Source of the DNA: a virus | Taxonomy: Duplodnaviria; Heunggongvirae; Uroviricota; Caudoviricetes; Crassvirales | DNA: 14,613 nt | Reading direction: 5' to 3' (one strand) | IMG/VR virus record: IMGVR_UViG_3300035698_016817 | Location: 64,001-78,613 of that record | Part shown: piece by piece, positions 12,656 to 14,613 of the stretch | How positions within the stretch are numbered: position 1 is the first letter of the stretch | How the letters are laid out: every line of letters begins with the position of its first letter | Translations under genes and position numbers: made by a program | Notes under the pieces: generated by a model | Seen by the model: only the letters and a program-made list of their open reading frames with translations | The model's database searches: none | Told to the model about the DNA's origin: nothing

Positions 12656-13419
12656 TTGATGTTAAAGTTTTTGATGTATCCCACCCCTAAGGTCCACCCT
12701 GGTTGATTTTGAAATAAGTATCCTCCTTTAATTATGAACTGATTGTTTTTTAGGTCCATATAAGAAACCATCGCGGAGGTCTCCATGCCTCTAAAGTGTG
12801 GGCTTGACCCCATATTGTGATACTCCAGTTCTCCGCCCATCCCAATTTTTCTGTATGGACCAATAGGAATAGCGGTCTCAACTGTTCGTTCAGTAGATAT
12901 AATTGGTGCGATTCTTTTGTAAGAAAGCTTTGGCGCTCCTTCAAGCTTTCCTTGAGTCTTGAATTCGTAATAGATGACCATGGTTTCGTCTCTAACTGAA
13001 TCCATGTACGTACGAATGGTAGATAAATCTTTGATCCTTTCTTCGCATTCCGTAAGGCTAAATTCGTACCGTCTGAGTGATGATGACATGTCATCAATAC
13101 TATCAGAAGCATTAGAGCTTGGAACGGGGCGTTTCCATTTGTTAAGTACCGGTAACTCTTCGAAAACAGGTATTGGCTCAGAAACATTTAAAATTGTTAT
13201 TGCTGAATCAAATGTAGTTATTTCAATAACATTATCAGATATTGTATCTCCTCTTTCTGGGATCTGACATTTTCCGTTTATTGTTAAAGGCCCGTTGTGA
13301 GTCAGCTGACAGAATATGATATAAATCCCCATCAGTAAGATGATCATCTCCTTTGGATATCTTAACAAAAGAGCGAAGAAGGTTGATAGCCCTTGTTTTA
13401 TGAGGATCATTAAGTTCAT
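12652..13419 (-). CDS. Spanin-like lysis accessory protein
   Basis: ATGA-coupled to the endolysin stop. N-terminal hydrophobic segment (MIILLMGIYIIFC), central coiled coil, C-terminal Gly/aromatic amphipathic beta-strands (GWTLGVGY). Confidence 0.55.
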   Translation of the reverse strand: MNLMILIKQGLSTFFALLLRYPKEMIILLMGIYIIFCQLTHNGPLTINGKCQIPERGDTISDNVIEITTFDSAITILNVSEPIPVFEELPVLNKWKRPVPSSNASDSIDDMSSSLRRYEFSLTECEERIKDLSTIRTYMDSVRDETMVIYYEFKTQGKLEGAPKLSYKRIAPIISTERTVETAIPIGPYRKIGMGGELEYHNMGSSPHFRGMETSAMVSYMDLKNNQFIIKGGYLFQNQPGWTLGVGYIKNFNIK

Positions 13420-14063
13420 TTAATAAATTTTGCATACTCAAGAGTGAGTTTAATTCTGTCGTCAAGACCATGGTATCCTCCGTTAATTCTTTTTGTAATC
13501 TTCTTGATAGTGTCTCGGTCGAAATCCCTAGACATATCAAAAATCCCATTTACATCGAAGAACCAACCTGCAGCTACAAAAGACAATTCTTCTGCAACTC
13601 TCTTTGGATCTTCCATTACCATTGGGTCTTTCAAGTATTCAGAGAACTTTTGGTAATTGTATCTACCGGTGAGTTGGATTGCTCCACGCCCTCTGAATTT
13701 GAATCCGTCGCCTGACGCTTCATCTCCATTCCCGTTTTGATTTGCGTAAACAAAATTGGCCAGCCTTTTAGGGCTCTTGGTCATTCTCTGGGCTCTTTCC
13801 TTTTCTACAGGGTTAAATTTCCGGTCCTTGTTCTCATCAAAATCATATTTAAAGATATCCCAAAGCCTATCAACTGATTTGTAATAAAGACTCTCTTTGA
13901 ACTTCTTGAAACCTCCAGTCTCATGAGCACACTGAGCGAAAAAATGAACTGCAGCAATAGGGTTTGGAAGATCTAAGTATTTACTTGCTGCTTTAAAAGT
14001 CAAGGGCCCAAAGTCTCCATCATCATTTACACCTGCGTTTCTTTGAAGTAACTTTAAACTCAT
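13416..14063 (-). CDS. Endolysin, glycoside hydrolase family 19 with a short N-terminal PG-binding segment
   Basis: LQRNAGVNDDGDFGPLT; FFAQCAHETGGF (catalytic HE); GDGFKFRGRGAIQLTGRYNY; ITKRINGG. Confidence 0.92.
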   Translation of the reverse strand: MSLKLLQRNAGVNDDGDFGPLTFKAASKYLDLPNPIAAVHFFAQCAHETGGFKKFKESLYYKSVDRLWDIFKYDFDENKDRKFNPVEKERAQRMTKSPKRLANFVYANQNGNGDEASGDGFKFRGRGAIQLTGRYNYQKFSEYLKDPMVMEDPKRVAEELSFVAAGWFFDVNGIFDMSRDFDRDTIKKITKRINGGYHGLDDRIKLTLEYAKFIK

Positions 14064-14197
14064 GATTTAGTCTTTGTTTCAGTCTTTATCGCAGTGTTTG
14101 TCGAAGTGTTTTCTCCGATTTTTTGAAGAATTACTGTTTGAATTTTCGCTTCTGCAAGAAGTTGAAGCAATAGCGATTCTGTTATAGTTTTTGACAT
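14060..14197 (-). CDS. 45-aa hypothetical protein in the lysis cassette (below the track cut-off)
   Basis: MSKTITESLLLQLLAEAKIQTVILQKIGENTSTNTAIKTETKTKS. A-rich upstream region; its TGA overlaps the endolysin ATG (ATGA). Confidence 0.6.
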   Translation of the reverse strand: MSKTITESLLLQLLAEAKIQTVILQKIGENTSTNTAIKTETKTKS

Positions 14198-14217
14198 GAT
14201 TTTTGTTTTTAAAGTAA

Positions 14218-14400
14218 TTATTTGGACTGAACTTGTTTGTACGTATCTATTCCTAAAAGAGTAGCGCTATACCCCAGGACGATTCCAATCACTGTTGTTT
14301 CAACCGTGTAGAATTCAAACCCTGAGGCTGCGCTCATTGACATCCCCAAGACAAAGGCAAAGAACCCTAGAATTCTCTTACTTATCTGCTCTCTTTTCAA
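14218..14400 (-). CDS. Holin-like membrane protein (2 predicted TM segments)
   Basis: ILGFFAFVLGMSMSAA and TTVIGIVLGYSATLLGI, basic N-terminus, located upstream of the endolysin. Confidence 0.6.
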   Translation of the reverse strand: MKREQISKRILGFFAFVLGMSMSAASGFEFYTVETTVIGIVLGYSATLLGIDTYKQVQSK

Positions 14401-14593
14401 TTTCTCTCTTTTTTATTTTCAAGTTTACAAATACTACCAAGTCATACATTTTCTTTATCAGTGTGAACGTGATTGATACCGCTGTCACATATAAAATGTA
14501 ACTACTTATCGATACTTCTCCAGCTACAAAGAGAATACTTAAAAAGCTTCCTGCTACGTCAACTGTGTAAAGAATAATATTTGTTTTAGTCAC
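14378..14593 (-). CDS. Second holin/antiholin-like membrane protein; true start may lie beyond the right edge
   Basis: Two hydrophobic segments and a highly basic C-terminus (KIKKREIEKRADK). The frame stays open from the GTG to the window edge. Confidence 0.5.
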   Translation of the reverse strand: MTKTNIILYTVDVAGSFLSILFVAGEVSISSYILYVTAVSITFTLIKKMYDLVVFVNLKIKKREIEKRADK

Positions 14594-14613
14594 TGTTTCT
14601 GGTATTTGAATAA

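Noticed and set aside
12298-14501. Plus-strand ORFs (12298-12579, 12524-12706, 12817-13267, 13444-13715, 14295-14501) and alternative-frame minus ORFs (12750-13187, 13235-13549)
   Set aside because: Overlap the endolysin, spanin-like and holin-like genes, with no independent motif or start context. No lipobox supports a nested o-spanin.
317-14593. Stop-codon reassignment, as found in some crAss-like phages
   Set aside because: terL, portal and endolysin are intact in the standard code with TAA, TAG and TGA all used as stops; no suppressor (CTA/TCA/TTA anticodon) tRNA is present.

Overview
Minus-strand late-gene region of a crAss-like (Crassvirales-type) tailed phage. Recurrent TAnnTTTG promoter boxes point to a Bacteroidota host. 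In transcription order (right to left) it holds: a lysis cassette (two holin-like ORFs, a GH19 endolysin, a spanin-like protein); an array of 24 tRNA genes (9726-12198) covering all 20 amino acids; small genes (Acb2/Tad1-like hairpin protein, GroES-like, winged-helix-like, Cys-rich, HU/IHF-like); terminase large subunit; portal; a 914-aa modular virion protein; and a partial DUF192-like gene. Main result: the tRNA array is split into three blocks of 12, 5 and 7 tRNAs. Each block is preceded by the same unannotated cassette: a Bacteroidota -7 promoter box, a short leader ORF, alternative RNA pairings and an intrinsic terminator. In each leader, a run of consecutive codons matches the tRNAs of the downstream block, mostly to the isoacceptor (12 codons for 12 tRNAs in the largest block). 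This looks like ribosome-stalling transcription attenuation that switches phage tRNA blocks on when those tRNAs are depleted, for example by host anticodon nucleases. I know of no description of such a system, but I could not search the literature. All tRNA and RNA-structure calls were made by hand.
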